Assembly: GCA_040386695.1 (NCBI GenBank)
Contig: JAZKFB010000004.1
Location: forward strand, 65,742 to 129,741
Direction of reading: 5' to 3'
Origin: Verrucomicrobiota bacterium
Lineage (GTDB): Bacteria; Verrucomicrobiota; Verrucomicrobiia; Verrucomicrobiales; V1-33
DNA: 64,000 nucleotides
Part shown: piece after piece, positions 33,601 through 42,018 of the stretch
Numbering within the stretch: the first letter of the stretch is position 1
How the letters are laid out: each line of letters starts with the position of its first letter
Translations under genes and position numbers: made by a program
Notes under the pieces: generated by a model
Seen by the model: the letters and a program-made list of their open reading frames with translations, nothing else
The model's database searches: none
Told to the model about the DNA's origin: nothing

Positions 33601-34842
33601 GGGCGGGAGGTCGTGGAAAACGAAGTCGTCAAAATTGATATGCCCCCAGCCGTTTTTCGCGCGGTCGATGAGGCGGACAAAGGCTTTCTGTCCGGCCAGA
33701 GGGCGCATGTCCACGATCTCACGGTGCATGTCCTCCTCGAAACGTCCGGCGGCGGTGTGGAAGACCTTGCCGGTGTCCGCGTTCACGATTTCCGCGCGCA
33801 CGGCGGCGACTTCCCCACCGCCGCCAATGAGAAAACTGGCCCAGGGATGCGTGACGGAAAAGGGGGCGGAAGTCAGGACGCCGGTGCCGGCGTCGTTTTG
33901 GGTGGACTCGTAGTTCCCGACCCAGAAATTGCCCACGTGACGGCTGTATTGACCGGGCTTGCGGCGCTGCACGGTGTCGCCTTCGACCGGCTGTCCGGCC
34001 CAGCCGTCGCCCTCGGCGGTCCAGTCCTCGAGGTTGCCTTTTTCAAAGCCGAGGTTCAGCACTTTGCCTTTGTCGTCGGTGGCCGGGAAGGAGGGCGTGA
34101 CCGTCGGCGCGGCCGCAGCGGCGGACGCCAGGGCGGGCGGGAGCGCGGTTTTGCCGAGGGTTTTCAGACCGATGTTTTTGAACTGCACCTTTGCGGGCCC
34201 GGGACCGGCGTGAAGCTGGAAGGCGATGCGGCCGCTGTAGTCGGCGGCTTTGGTTTCGTGGTCGTCGAGCGCGCCGAAGAACACGCCGTTGACCCAGACC
34301 TCCATGTGCGGCCCGGCGGCGCGGATGCGGTAGTGATTCCAGTCACCGGCTTTGGGAACGCTTCGGAAGGAGACGGCCTCGGCGAAAGGATCCACCCAGC
34401 GGCGGCCATCCGGCGAGATGGAGACGCGGGTGCCGCGCTCCATGATCAGCTCGCGGCCGTGCTCGTCGTAGATGCGGCCCAGCCATTCCGCGCCGGCGTC
34501 GAGATCGGCCTGGTAGCCGATGGCGTGACCGTCGTCGGCGCGCCTGCTGCGGATCTGCACGCCGCTGTTGGCCGCGGGGCCGCCGGTGATGCGGTAGTCC
34601 AGCTCCAGCTCGAAATCATCGACCTCGCCTTTCCAGAAAATCCATTCGTTGGTTTTCAGGTCCGCGCCGTTGGCGATTTCTCCGGTGATCGCGCCGTCCT
34701 CAATGCGCCACATCCCCGGCGTGCCCTCCCAGCCGTTGAGCGTGGAGCCGTCGAAAAGCGACTGCGTCTCCGCCGCCCGGCTGGACGGCAGCACGGAGAG
34801 GGAAAACGCGAGGATGAGCGCGGGGCGGGAGAGCGGAATCAT
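30613..34842 (-). CDS. giant DUF1080-like + lectin-like + putative membrane-bound-dehydrogenase (beta-propeller) + HEAT repeats + C-terminal cytochrome c (PVC-type heme-binding CxxCH protein)
   Basis: 1409 aa with a signal peptide. N-terminal LFDGSTLNGWEG...WRIEDGAITG (DUF1080 pattern). The dehydrogenase-domain region includes LIAAEPEVVQPIAFCMDEKARLWV. Ala/Leu-rich HEAT-like repeats follow, then a C-terminal CATCHTMGG heme motif. Confidence 0.9.
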   Translation of the reverse strand: MIPLSRPALILAFSLSVLPSSRAAETQSLFDGSTLNGWEGTPGMWRIEDGAITGEIANGADLKTNEWIFWKGEVDDFELELDYRITGGPAANSGVQIRSRRADDGHAIGYQADLDAGAEWLGRIYDEHGRELIMERGTRVSISPDGRRWVDPFAEAVSFRSVPKAGDWNHYRIRAAGPHMEVWVNGVFFGALDDHETKAADYSGRIAFQLHAGPGPAKVQFKNIGLKTLGKTALPPALASAAAAAPTVTPSFPATDDKGKVLNLGFEKGNLEDWTAEGDGWAGQPVEGDTVQRRKPGQYSRHVGNFWVGNYESTQNDAGTGVLTSAPFSVTHPWASFLIGGGGEVAAVRAEIVNADTGKVFHTAAGRFEEDMHREIVDMRPLAGQKAFVRLIDRAKNGWGHINFDDFVFHDLPPEREAATGSRVSQSPVLWHLRPNPAKPTPANNAEAQKIVAGMELTDGFQAQLIAAEPEVVQPIAFCMDEKARLWVLEGISYPNKQPEGKGRDRIVILEDRDGDGNFETRTVFMEGLNLASGIEVGFGGVYIGAAPELLFIPDKNHDGKPDGPAEVLLDGWGYQDTHETLNSFTWGPDGWLYGCQGVFTKSLVGKPGTPENQRLLMNAGVWRFHPVRKEFEIFASGGSNQWGLDYNDAGHLFMTHCRSFYGGGGTTHVIRGGQFWNQANGNYAPYISPVGTDFAPGLKNYLPAAAKYDSGEGGAGKPGTTTVYGGHSHVGTLIYQGDNWPDIYRNHLFTHNLHGHQMNHQVNVPQGSGYETMHAGYDMLYTPDPRYIAVDLQTGPDGAVYIIDWCDQQHCHTPIEEKWDRSNGRVYRMSWAATYKPVKADLSSATEAQLAALQTHKNQWYGRTARRLLQERAAAAPLAAETVAALESLADSADASTTLRGLWSLHQTGNLSAARLTKALANPAETVRAWAVQLATEKAGSPRLDAATLTNLAKTDPSPVVRLALASALPFLPAADVWPLTTSLSAHSEDASDRFLPKLIWSGFAKTAASDFPQALAIASKTSLTDLADSIRWYAALTPAGREALTSTLALLPPPAAERAVRIAAFALQSEASLPMPASWPTVESRLSSSQDAAVRADTEQLSAIFGDKAVLARMRTVLANASLPRAERRSAFDILRRTGDPEALPVFAGLLDDPAFRSAVLPQLTRSNDPAIAARLLAGMKDFSPADAASALATLISRPTYALALVKSMEDGGFDKKQLTTLHIRQMRNLKDPALDARLEKVWGKFNESSAEGKASIARLKKTFSEAPLWAYDSAKGQLVFDRVCATCHTMGGGTERKLGPDLAGSWRNGIDYFLENIVDPNAVIGEDFQLVIVTKTDGTVLSGSIAADKPDSLTLRTITETLTIPKSAIRERQKLEQSLMPPGLLESLPEREALELLKFLTSKPSE

Positions 34843-34994
34843 GGAACGAAAAGAAAAGGAAGCGGCGGAGAGGGACGGGAGGGACAGACAGAGAGACGGA
34901 AGGGACGAACGGAAAATTGGAGAATCGCGGGGACTGCGGGAAACGACGTGGTTTTTCAGATGGGCTTATCGTTAAATCCTTTACGGGGAATTCC

Positions 34995-35681
34995 TCAGGG
35001 CCGGGCCACCAGCTTGAGTTCGCTGACCCGGCTCCAGTGCGGAGCCTCCACGGTGCCCTGATAAAACATGAGGGCGATCTGCTCCCTGCCGCCTGCGGGC
35101 CGGGGGGCGGTGCAGGTCCCGGCTTTCAGCCACGGGCCCTCGCCATCCGGCTGGTATTCGCCGGTGATGTTATCGCCCTGCACATTCAGCCGCAGCTTCA
35201 CCTTGCTGGTTTTCAGCGGATAAATGCCCATGGTTTTCGTGGTGTCCTTCTCCTCGCGGCCCATGACGATGCTGAGTTTTCCGTCCACCATCTCCTGACC
35301 GATTTTGACCATGTGGCTGTCATCGAAATACCACACAAGGTCGGTCTGCTCGTATTGGCCGGTGGGCTGATTGTGGACGGTGGCGGTGACTTCCAGGCTG
35401 CCGGAGGCGGGCGCTGCCGGAGCGGGGCGCACGAGAATATTCTTCGCGTCATTGGCCGGGCCCCACATGTTGCCGGGCTCGATTCTCACCTCCAGTCCCT
35501 GTGGGCCGGTGCGCCAGGCGGCTTTGTTTTCCCGGATCCACTTCCAGGGAGCGGCGGGAGCGGCGGCGAAGGTTTCCGTGAAGCCGTCACCGCTGCCCGC
35601 GTGCGCCGTGGTTGGGGACAGGCCGGCGGTCAAAGCGGAAACGAGCACGGCGGCGAGGGCGAAGCAGGGGCGGAGATTCAT
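34995..35681 (-). CDS. secreted ConA/LamG-like hypothetical protein
   Basis: 228 aa with a signal peptide MNLRPCFALAAVLVSALTAGLSPTTAHA. Beta-rich sequence. Family not firmly recognised. Confidence 0.65.
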   Translation of the reverse strand: MNLRPCFALAAVLVSALTAGLSPTTAHAGSGDGFTETFAAAPAAPWKWIRENKAAWRTGPQGLEVRIEPGNMWGPANDAKNILVRPAPAAPASGSLEVTATVHNQPTGQYEQTDLVWYFDDSHMVKIGQEMVDGKLSIVMGREEKDTTKTMGIYPLKTSKVKLRLNVQGDNITGEYQPDGEGPWLKAGTCTAPRPAGGREQIALMFYQGTVEAPHWSRVSELKLVARP

Positions 35682-35909
35682 GCCTCAGCCTGCTCCGGGT
35701 CGGCGGTCAGTGACAAGAAAAATGCGGTCCAGGAAATTACGGCGGCGGCGGAGCTTGCCAGCGGCGGGGAAAACAGGCAGCTTCCCGCGCCATGAACCAT
35801 CCGTTGCGTGCCGCCCGTCGATTTGCTGGATCAGAAATCGGACGAAGAGCGGCGCCCCGCAGCGGCCCGGGTGGAGCAGGCGGCCCTTTCCCCGGAGGGG
35901 AAACAGATA

Positions 35910-36113
35910 TTAGCCGGTGGTTGAGCGCAGCGACACCACCGGAATCGTCCTCCCCGGATGTCATCCATCCCGGAGGGATGGCAGACCATGGCCATAGCCG
36001 GGCGGCACGACCGGCCAGGCTTATGGCGTTCCCGCGTGATCTGGCATCCCTCCGGGATGCAGGGCCGCTTTTGGGGGCTGCCGGTGGTGTCGCTGCGCTC
36101 AACCACCGGCTAA
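35910..36113. repeat. ~200-bp nested palindromic element (33-bp perfect terminal inverted arms)
   Basis: TTAGCCGGTGGTTGAGCGCAGCGACACCACCGG (35910-35942) is the exact reverse complement of 36081-36113. Each arm also self-pairs (CCGGTGG...CCACCGG). Inner imperfect inverted repeats are CATCCCGGAGGGATG / CATCCCTCCGGGATG. Confidence 0.85.
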
Positions 36114-36136
36114 TTTCTGTGAAGCCTCCGGCTTCC

Positions 36137-39103
36137 ATGCAGGGCGAAGGCCATAGGCCATCCGGGAAACCTCTGGTTTCAATTCCGCATCATTCCGCTT
36201 CGCTGGCGTTACTGGTAATGGCCGCCATGGGCGCGCGGCTTGCCGCGCAGGAGGAAAAAGCCGCCCTTCCCACCCTGACCGCCGCGCCCGGCTGGACGGT
36301 GGAATTGGTGGCGGGCCCGCCGCTGGTGGACCGGCCGGTGGAGATGTCGCTGTCGCCGGATGGACGGCTTTTTGTGACCGAGGTGTCGGGAACCAATGAC
36401 CCGGTGAAAAAGCAGCTGATCGACAAACCACACCGCCTGCTTTGTCTGCGGGACACGGATGGCGACGGGAAATTTGACAGCCGCAGCATCTTTGCGGACG
36501 GCCTGTCGTTTCCTGAAGGCTGCCTGTGGTTTGCGGGCTCAATCTATGTCGCCGCCCCGCCGGTGATCTGGAAATTCACCGACAAGGACGGCGACGGCGT
36601 GGCCGAGGAGCGCGCCGTCTGGTATGACGGCAAAACCCTGACCGGCTGCGCCAACGATCTGCACGGGCCCTACGCCGGGCCGGACGGCTGGATTTACTGG
36701 GGCAAGGGCGGGTTTGCCAAACAGACGCATCCCGGCACTGACGGCAAAGTCAGGGAAACCGCCGCCAGCCACATCATGCGCGCGCGGCCGGACGGATCGC
36801 AGGTGGAGGCGGTGATGAATGGCGGCATGGACAATCCCGTGGGCATCACCTGGACGGCCGACGGCGAGTGCATCCTCAGCAACACTTTTCTCCAACATCC
36901 CGGCGGCGGGAAGCGCGACGGGCTGATCCACGCGGTGGAAAACGGGCTGTGGGGCAAGGATCACGATATTATCCAGGGCCTGCCCATCACCGGCCCGCTG
37001 ATGCCCATCATGACCCACATGGGCCCGGCGGCTCCCTGCGGCTTGGCGACGCTGCGGACGGGGGAAATTCTGGCCTGCCAGTTTAATATGCGCAAAGTCT
37101 CGCGGCATGAACTGCGGCCGGAAGGTGCGACTTTCGCGACGGCGGACTCGGATTTTCTGATTTCGGAAAATCCTGATTTTCATCCCACCGATGTTCTGGA
37201 GGACCGCGATGGCAGCGTGCTGGTGGTGGACACCGGCGGCTGGTATAAAATCTGTTGCCCCACCAGCCAGATTGCCAAACCGCAGGTCACCGGCGGCATT
37301 TACCGGCTGCGGCGCACGGGCGGAGCGGCGTTGTCGAAATCGGACCCCGGCCCGGCCACTGCGGCGGCAACTCCTGCTTTGTCTCCGTCTCCCGGGGAAA
37401 CCGCCGCTGACAAAATCTGGGCCGCCGTCCGCCGTGGCGATGCGGCATCGGTCCGCGCGCAGCTGCTTCCTGGCACCGCCGCCCCTGCCCGCGCGGCCGC
37501 TCTGGCCGCCGGGCGCCTGCGCGACCGCGAAGCCGTTCCTGCGCTGCTGGCCTGCCTGAAATCCACGGACGCCGGAATCGTCCGCGCCGCCGCCGAAGCT
37601 CTGGGCCGCTGTGCGGCCCCCGGGCCCGATGCCGTGCAGCCGCTACTGGAGGCGCTGCGGCTTTATCCGGACGACCGCTTCATCCAGCATTCGGTGAGCG
37701 ATTCAATCCGCCTGCTGGCGGATGATGCCATTTTGTCAGCCGCCTGGAAAACCGAAACTTCCCCCGCCGTCAAAGCCGCCCTGCTTTACGCCGCCCACAG
37801 CCGGGGCGGAGTCTGGCCGGACGCCGCCACGGTTCTGCCCTGCCTGGCCACCGGCACGCCGAAAGCCCTGAGGGAGGCCGCCCTGCGGCTTTGTCAGGAT
37901 CACAGGGACTGGGCGGAGGAAGGCGGCAAAGCTCTGGGCGGCCTGACGGCGGACGGCGCTCCTTTGCCCGGGGATTTTGTGGCCCTGGCCACCGCCTGGA
38001 TGGACGCGGATTCCATGCGCGGGACCGTCGCCCGCTGGCTGGATCAGCCCGGCACGTCCGCCAGCGCTCTGAAAGCCATCCGCGATGCGGAGCTGAAGGA
38101 TCTTCCGGCCGAATTTCCGCCGCCGCTGCTGCGGCTGCTGGAGCGCGGCCAGGGGCTGGAGGTCGTGGCCACGCTCAAAGGACGCGCCCGCCAGCCTTTT
38201 GTCCCCGCGCTGGAAAAACTGGCGCATGGCACCGGTTCCACGCCGCCCAATGTTCAGGCCCTGCGGCTTCTCGATCCCGCGCCCTTGGACGATGAACTTT
38301 TCGCCGGCCTTCTGAAGCGGCTGCCAGCCAAAACCGGCGACACCCTGCCCGAGGGCCTGGGCGCTGTTCTGGCCGCCGCTCCCCTGACGACTTCCCAGCG
38401 CGCCGCCTTATTGAAATTCCTGCCCCTGGCCGGACCGGTGGAGCTCCCCGGTCTGGTGGCCGCTGTGGCCCGGCAGCCGGACGAAGCCATCGGCCTGGAG
38501 CTGCTGCATCTGCTGGATCAGCAGCACCTTCTCACCAGCCTGCCGCCGGAGCTTCTCACTCAAAAGCTGGCGGCTTTTCCGGCACCTGTGAAAGCCGCCC
38601 TGAAATCGCTTCAGGACCGGGAACTGGCCGCCGCCGCCGCCCGCCGGGCGGGTCTGACGGAAATCGCCGCCGCCGCCGCCAAATCCGGTGACGCCGCGCG
38701 CGGTCATCTCGTTTTTCAAAGCGCCAAAGCCGCCTGCGCCACCTGTCATCAGATCGGCTATAAAGGCGGCGCCCTGGGCCCCGATCTGTCCAATATCGGC
38801 GCCATCCGCACCGAGCTGGATCTGCTGGAGGCCGTCACCCTGCCCAGCGCGGGATTTGTCCGGAGCTACGAGCCCCTTCTGGTGAAACTGAAGGACGGCA
38901 GCGCGCAGTATGGCATCCAGCGCAACCGCAGCGACCGGGAACTCACGCTCGGCGTGCCGCCTGACGTGGAAATCCGGATTCCCCTGACGGAGATCGTCAG
39001 CACCGAGTCCGGCGAATTTTCCCTGATGCCCGCCGGATTCGGGGAATCGCTCACGCGGACGGAGCTGACCGATCTGGTGGCTTTCCTGAAGTCCCTGCGC
39101 TGA
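36137..39103 (+). CDS. putative membrane-bound-dehydrogenase domain + HEAT repeats + C-terminal cytochrome c (PVC-type heme-binding CxxCH protein), paralog of 30613..34842
   Basis: Start trimmed to the ATG at 36137 (alternative 36218), because the longer ORF from 35792 runs through the palindromic element. Contains WTVELVAGPPLVDRPVEMSLSPDGRLFV, HEAT-like repeats and a C-terminal CATCHQIGYKGG motif. Confidence 0.85.
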   Translation: MQGEGHRPSGKPLVSIPHHSASLALLVMAAMGARLAAQEEKAALPTLTAAPGWTVELVAGPPLVDRPVEMSLSPDGRLFVTEVSGTNDPVKKQLIDKPHRLLCLRDTDGDGKFDSRSIFADGLSFPEGCLWFAGSIYVAAPPVIWKFTDKDGDGVAEERAVWYDGKTLTGCANDLHGPYAGPDGWIYWGKGGFAKQTHPGTDGKVRETAASHIMRARPDGSQVEAVMNGGMDNPVGITWTADGECILSNTFLQHPGGGKRDGLIHAVENGLWGKDHDIIQGLPITGPLMPIMTHMGPAAPCGLATLRTGEILACQFNMRKVSRHELRPEGATFATADSDFLISENPDFHPTDVLEDRDGSVLVVDTGGWYKICCPTSQIAKPQVTGGIYRLRRTGGAALSKSDPGPATAAATPALSPSPGETAADKIWAAVRRGDAASVRAQLLPGTAAPARAAALAAGRLRDREAVPALLACLKSTDAGIVRAAAEALGRCAAPGPDAVQPLLEALRLYPDDRFIQHSVSDSIRLLADDAILSAAWKTETSPAVKAALLYAAHSRGGVWPDAATVLPCLATGTPKALREAALRLCQDHRDWAEEGGKALGGLTADGAPLPGDFVALATAWMDADSMRGTVARWLDQPGTSASALKAIRDAELKDLPAEFPPPLLRLLERGQGLEVVATLKGRARQPFVPALEKLAHGTGSTPPNVQALRLLDPAPLDDELFAGLLKRLPAKTGDTLPEGLGAVLAAAPLTTSQRAALLKFLPLAGPVELPGLVAAVARQPDEAIGLELLHLLDQQHLLTSLPPELLTQKLAAFPAPVKAALKSLQDRELAAAAARRAGLTEIAAAAAKSGDAARGHLVFQSAKAACATCHQIGYKGGALGPDLSNIGAIRTELDLLEAVTLPSAGFVRSYEPLLVKLKDGSAQYGIQRNRSDRELTLGVPPDVEIRIPLTEIVSTESGEFSLMPAGFGESLTRTELTDLVAFLKSLR

Positions 39104-39293
39104 CCTTTTCTCCGGCTGCGGCAAAACCAGTAAATATCCGGACAGTGCCGTTGCGTAAAAATTGCGTAACGCGCCGTATTTTGATGACTAATTCGCGGAA
39201 ACCATTTAGTTTCACCGAGTTTTCATCCATTGCGGCTACAGCCCGCAGTGGAGTTCCTCCTTGGAGGGACCGGCACCACAACCCGCTCCTGTC

Positions 39294-40904
39294 ATGGTTT
39301 TCACCTCCTTCGCTCTCCTGTCCCGCCGGTTTTTTCCGGCAGGGGCCGCCGGACTTATGATGGGCTCCGCCCTGGGGGCCGAGGATTTGCTTGTTAACAA
39401 CTTCGACACCGCCGCCGAAGTCCCCCAGTGGCCGACGGACGAATATCCGTCCAAGCCGAACAATTTTTGGGAAAGATGGTGGGGGGACGCAATCATCGAC
39501 GGGCAGTCCATGTCCTTTGACGCCACGATGGACGCAGCCGGCAGTGCGGCGTCCGGATCCATGAAAGTGGTGGTGGATTTCGACAGGCAGACGGCGAACC
39601 ATGAGCAGTTTTCCGTCGTCCGGTATCTGAATCCCTCACCCATTGACGGCAGCCAGTATCTCAGTCTGGAAATGGACATCCGGTACAAGCCCGGATCCGT
39701 GACCCGGCCGGACGGCACTTTTGGCTACCTTGAAGTGGGATTCTCGACTGAGGCTCCCCTCAATGGCCAGATCTACGCCCGGCAGATGGCGGTCCCGGCT
39801 TCGGCCGCCGACGGGTGGCTGCATATCTCCGCCCCCATCAACAAGACGGTGGCGAATATTGAAAGGATCAGCGGCATCCATTTCAAAATGTGGATGGGCG
39901 GAGCCACTGACCCCATCGGTAACAGCACCTTCTGGGTGGACAATATCCATCTGAAAGCTCCGGAAGTGGTGGAGGAAGCCCCCATCCCGGTCATCCGGGT
40001 GGAGCCCGCCACTCCCGGCCTGCATCTTGTCTCCAGCGGGGCCGGCATTTATGACCGGCAGACGCTGCGGACCACGACGCCGGAGTATTCCTGGGTGGGG
40101 CGGACTCAGCCGGTGACTTATTCCTTCACCATTAAGGAATTTCCTCCGACGGCCGGCTACACGGCTTTCCTGTACCTGACGCCGGGCAGTGGTCTGGGCA
40201 CCGGATTAAACTATGTGGATTACAGCGCCGACAACTGTCTGGTCCTTTTTCTCAATAACAACGCGGACGGCAGCGGCGGCATGAGACTGGCCTACAAGGA
40301 CAGCGCGCCCAACAGTAACGGTCAGGCCGGGCATGATTATTGGACCGCTGATGACGGCACCGGCAAAGGAGGATCCCTCGCTTTTGTCAACGGAGGCAGC
40401 ATTCTGGGCACCTGGTCCCTTACTTTCGAAAACAGCACCAGCGCCACCATCACCTCGCCCGACGGACAGACGGCATCCGCCACCCTGCTGCCGGAAACAG
40501 CGGCCAAATATGCCAATCCCCTGTATGCCTATTTTGGCGCGGTGCCGGGGGATGCCGCCCGGCAGGGACAGACGGCCATTTTCTCGCGGATCAAAATCAC
40601 GGGCACGGAAAATCCCATCGACGAGGATTTCTCGGTGCTGCCCTTCAGCCCGCTTCTCGAAAAATCCGCCTCCGACGCCAATGGCATCCAGCAGGTGACC
40701 CGGGGGGACACTCCCTTCTGGGTCAAGTGGACCCTGCCGGCCGTGGGTTATAAACTTCAACAAAGTCTTGACCTTGGAGTCACCGGCTGGCAGGACATGA
40801 GCGTGACCAACGCCCTGACTGTCAAAGGCGAACGCTGTGTCCTTCTGAATGCGGTGGATCTTCCGGATCCCAAGCGGGGCTTTTTCCAGCTTTTGAAACC
40901 CTGA
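39294..40904 (+). CDS. secreted protein with an N-terminal CBM-like beta-sandwich and a C-terminal FFQL module
   Basis: ATG at 39294 (the track start at 39261 is a TTG). Signal-like MVFTSFALLSRRFFPAGAAGLMMGSALGA. The ending ...TFWVDNIHLKAP is typical of carbohydrate-binding-module-like domains. Confidence 0.7.
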   Translation: MVFTSFALLSRRFFPAGAAGLMMGSALGAEDLLVNNFDTAAEVPQWPTDEYPSKPNNFWERWWGDAIIDGQSMSFDATMDAAGSAASGSMKVVVDFDRQTANHEQFSVVRYLNPSPIDGSQYLSLEMDIRYKPGSVTRPDGTFGYLEVGFSTEAPLNGQIYARQMAVPASAADGWLHISAPINKTVANIERISGIHFKMWMGGATDPIGNSTFWVDNIHLKAPEVVEEAPIPVIRVEPATPGLHLVSSGAGIYDRQTLRTTTPEYSWVGRTQPVTYSFTIKEFPPTAGYTAFLYLTPGSGLGTGLNYVDYSADNCLVLFLNNNADGSGGMRLAYKDSAPNSNGQAGHDYWTADDGTGKGGSLAFVNGGSILGTWSLTFENSTSATITSPDGQTASATLLPETAAKYANPLYAYFGAVPGDAARQGQTAIFSRIKITGTENPIDEDFSVLPFSPLLEKSASDANGIQQVTRGDTPFWVKWTLPAVGYKLQQSLDLGVTGWQDMSVTNALTVKGERCVLLNAVDLPDPKRGFFQLLKP

Positions 40905-40994
40905 AACCTTTCCCGCGCCTGGAGCGCGGATCCCTTTTCCTGACGTAGAGTCCGGCCTCCGGGGGGTGGCCGGACTTCAACTCGGGAACCACCC

Positions 40995-41032
40995 GGCCGT
41001 TCCCGTTCAAAAAACGGGAACGGCCCTTTTTT
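40995..41032 (+). terminator. rho-independent terminator after 39294..40904
   Basis: 13-bp perfect stem GGCCGTTCCCGTT / AACGGGAACGGCC, 5-nt loop, then CTTTTTT. Confidence 0.75.
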
Positions 41033-41050
41033 CAGCGCTCCGGACCGGTT

Positions 41051-41929
41051 TTAAAGGATTCCCAGCCGTGTCATCACCGCGCTCAGCTCGTCCTGTTTGG
41101 CGGCGGGCATCGGAACCATGGGAAGGCGGAGGTCGCCTCCGATAAGCCCTTTGAGGGCCATGGCGGCTTTGATCGGCACCGGGTTGCTGTCGAGCTTCAG
41201 AAAAGCGCTGAGCAGGGGATAAAGCCGGCGGTGCAGACTGCGGGCCCCAGGCAGATCGTCCGCCAGAGCGGCGTTGACGAGAGCGCTCATTTCCCCGGGA
41301 ATGAGATTCGAGGCCACGCTGATCACACCGGTCGCGCCGACCGAGATGAACGGCAGGGTCATGGAGTCATCGCCGCTGAGCACCGTGAAGTTTTCCGGCA
41401 GGGCGGCCACCAGCTGATTCACCCGCTCCACACTGCCGCTGGCCTCTTTAATGCAGACCACATTCGGGCAGGCTTCGGCGAGCCGCACGGCGGTTTCGAC
41501 AGGAATCTCGATGCCGCAGCGGCCGGGGACGCTGTAGAGAATGACTTTGCATTTCGTGCTGTCGGCGACGGCTTTGAAATGCTGGAACAGGCCTTCGGGC
41601 GAGGGCTTGTTGTAATAGGGCGCCACCTGAAGCACGGCCTCGCAGCCGGCGGCCTCGGCGCTGGCGGTGAGTTCGATGGCCTCATCCGTGCTGTTGGAGC
41701 CGGTGCCGCCGATGACGGGGCCGCGGCCCCGGGCGCACTCCACGGCGAGGCGGATCACGGCTTTGTGCTCGTCGTAGGAAAGCGTGGGCGACTCTCCGGT
41801 GGTGCCGACGGGGACAATGCCGGTGACGCCGTTTTCAAACTGGGCATCCACCAGCTTGCGGAAGGCCTCCTCGTCCAGAGAGCCGTTGCGGAAAGGGGTG
41901 ACGAGGGCTGTGAAAGTGCCGCGGTACAT
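41051..41929 (-). CDS. dapA: 4-hydroxy-tetrahydrodipicolinate synthase
   Basis: Start trimmed to the ATG at 41929 (MYRGTFTALVTPF...). Motifs GTTGESPTL, YNKP and IKEASG (catalytic Lys) are present. The upstream part of ORF 41051..42340 is Arg/Gly/His-rich noise that overlaps dapF. Confidence 0.9.
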   Translation of the reverse strand: MYRGTFTALVTPFRNGSLDEEAFRKLVDAQFENGVTGIVPVGTTGESPTLSYDEHKAVIRLAVECARGRGPVIGGTGSNSTDEAIELTASAEAAGCEAVLQVAPYYNKPSPEGLFQHFKAVADSTKCKVILYSVPGRCGIEIPVETAVRLAEACPNVVCIKEASGSVERVNQLVAALPENFTVLSGDDSMTLPFISVGATGVISVASNLIPGEMSALVNAALADDLPGARSLHRRLYPLLSAFLKLDSNPVPIKAAMALKGLIGGDLRLPMVPMPAAKQDELSAVMTRLGIL

Positions 41930-42018
41930 GGGGATAGTGAGTTTGCTGTTTGAAAAATAAAAGATTTTTGCCGGAGGCGCGCCGACCGGGAAACGGGCGG
42001 CGGAAGGAGGAGCGGGTT

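Noticed and set aside
31633-35061. Very long ORFs antisense to real genes. Examples: 31633..35061 (1142 aa), 5052..6533, 8125..9702, 20677..22053, 24292..25992, 56322..57440, 58258..59625, 17414..18586, 3614..4636.
   Set aside because: Their translations are low-complexity Gly/Ala/Arg/Asp/His-rich strings with no motifs. They lie exactly opposite genes with strong family signatures. Such shadow ORFs are expected in high-GC DNA, where stop codons are rare.
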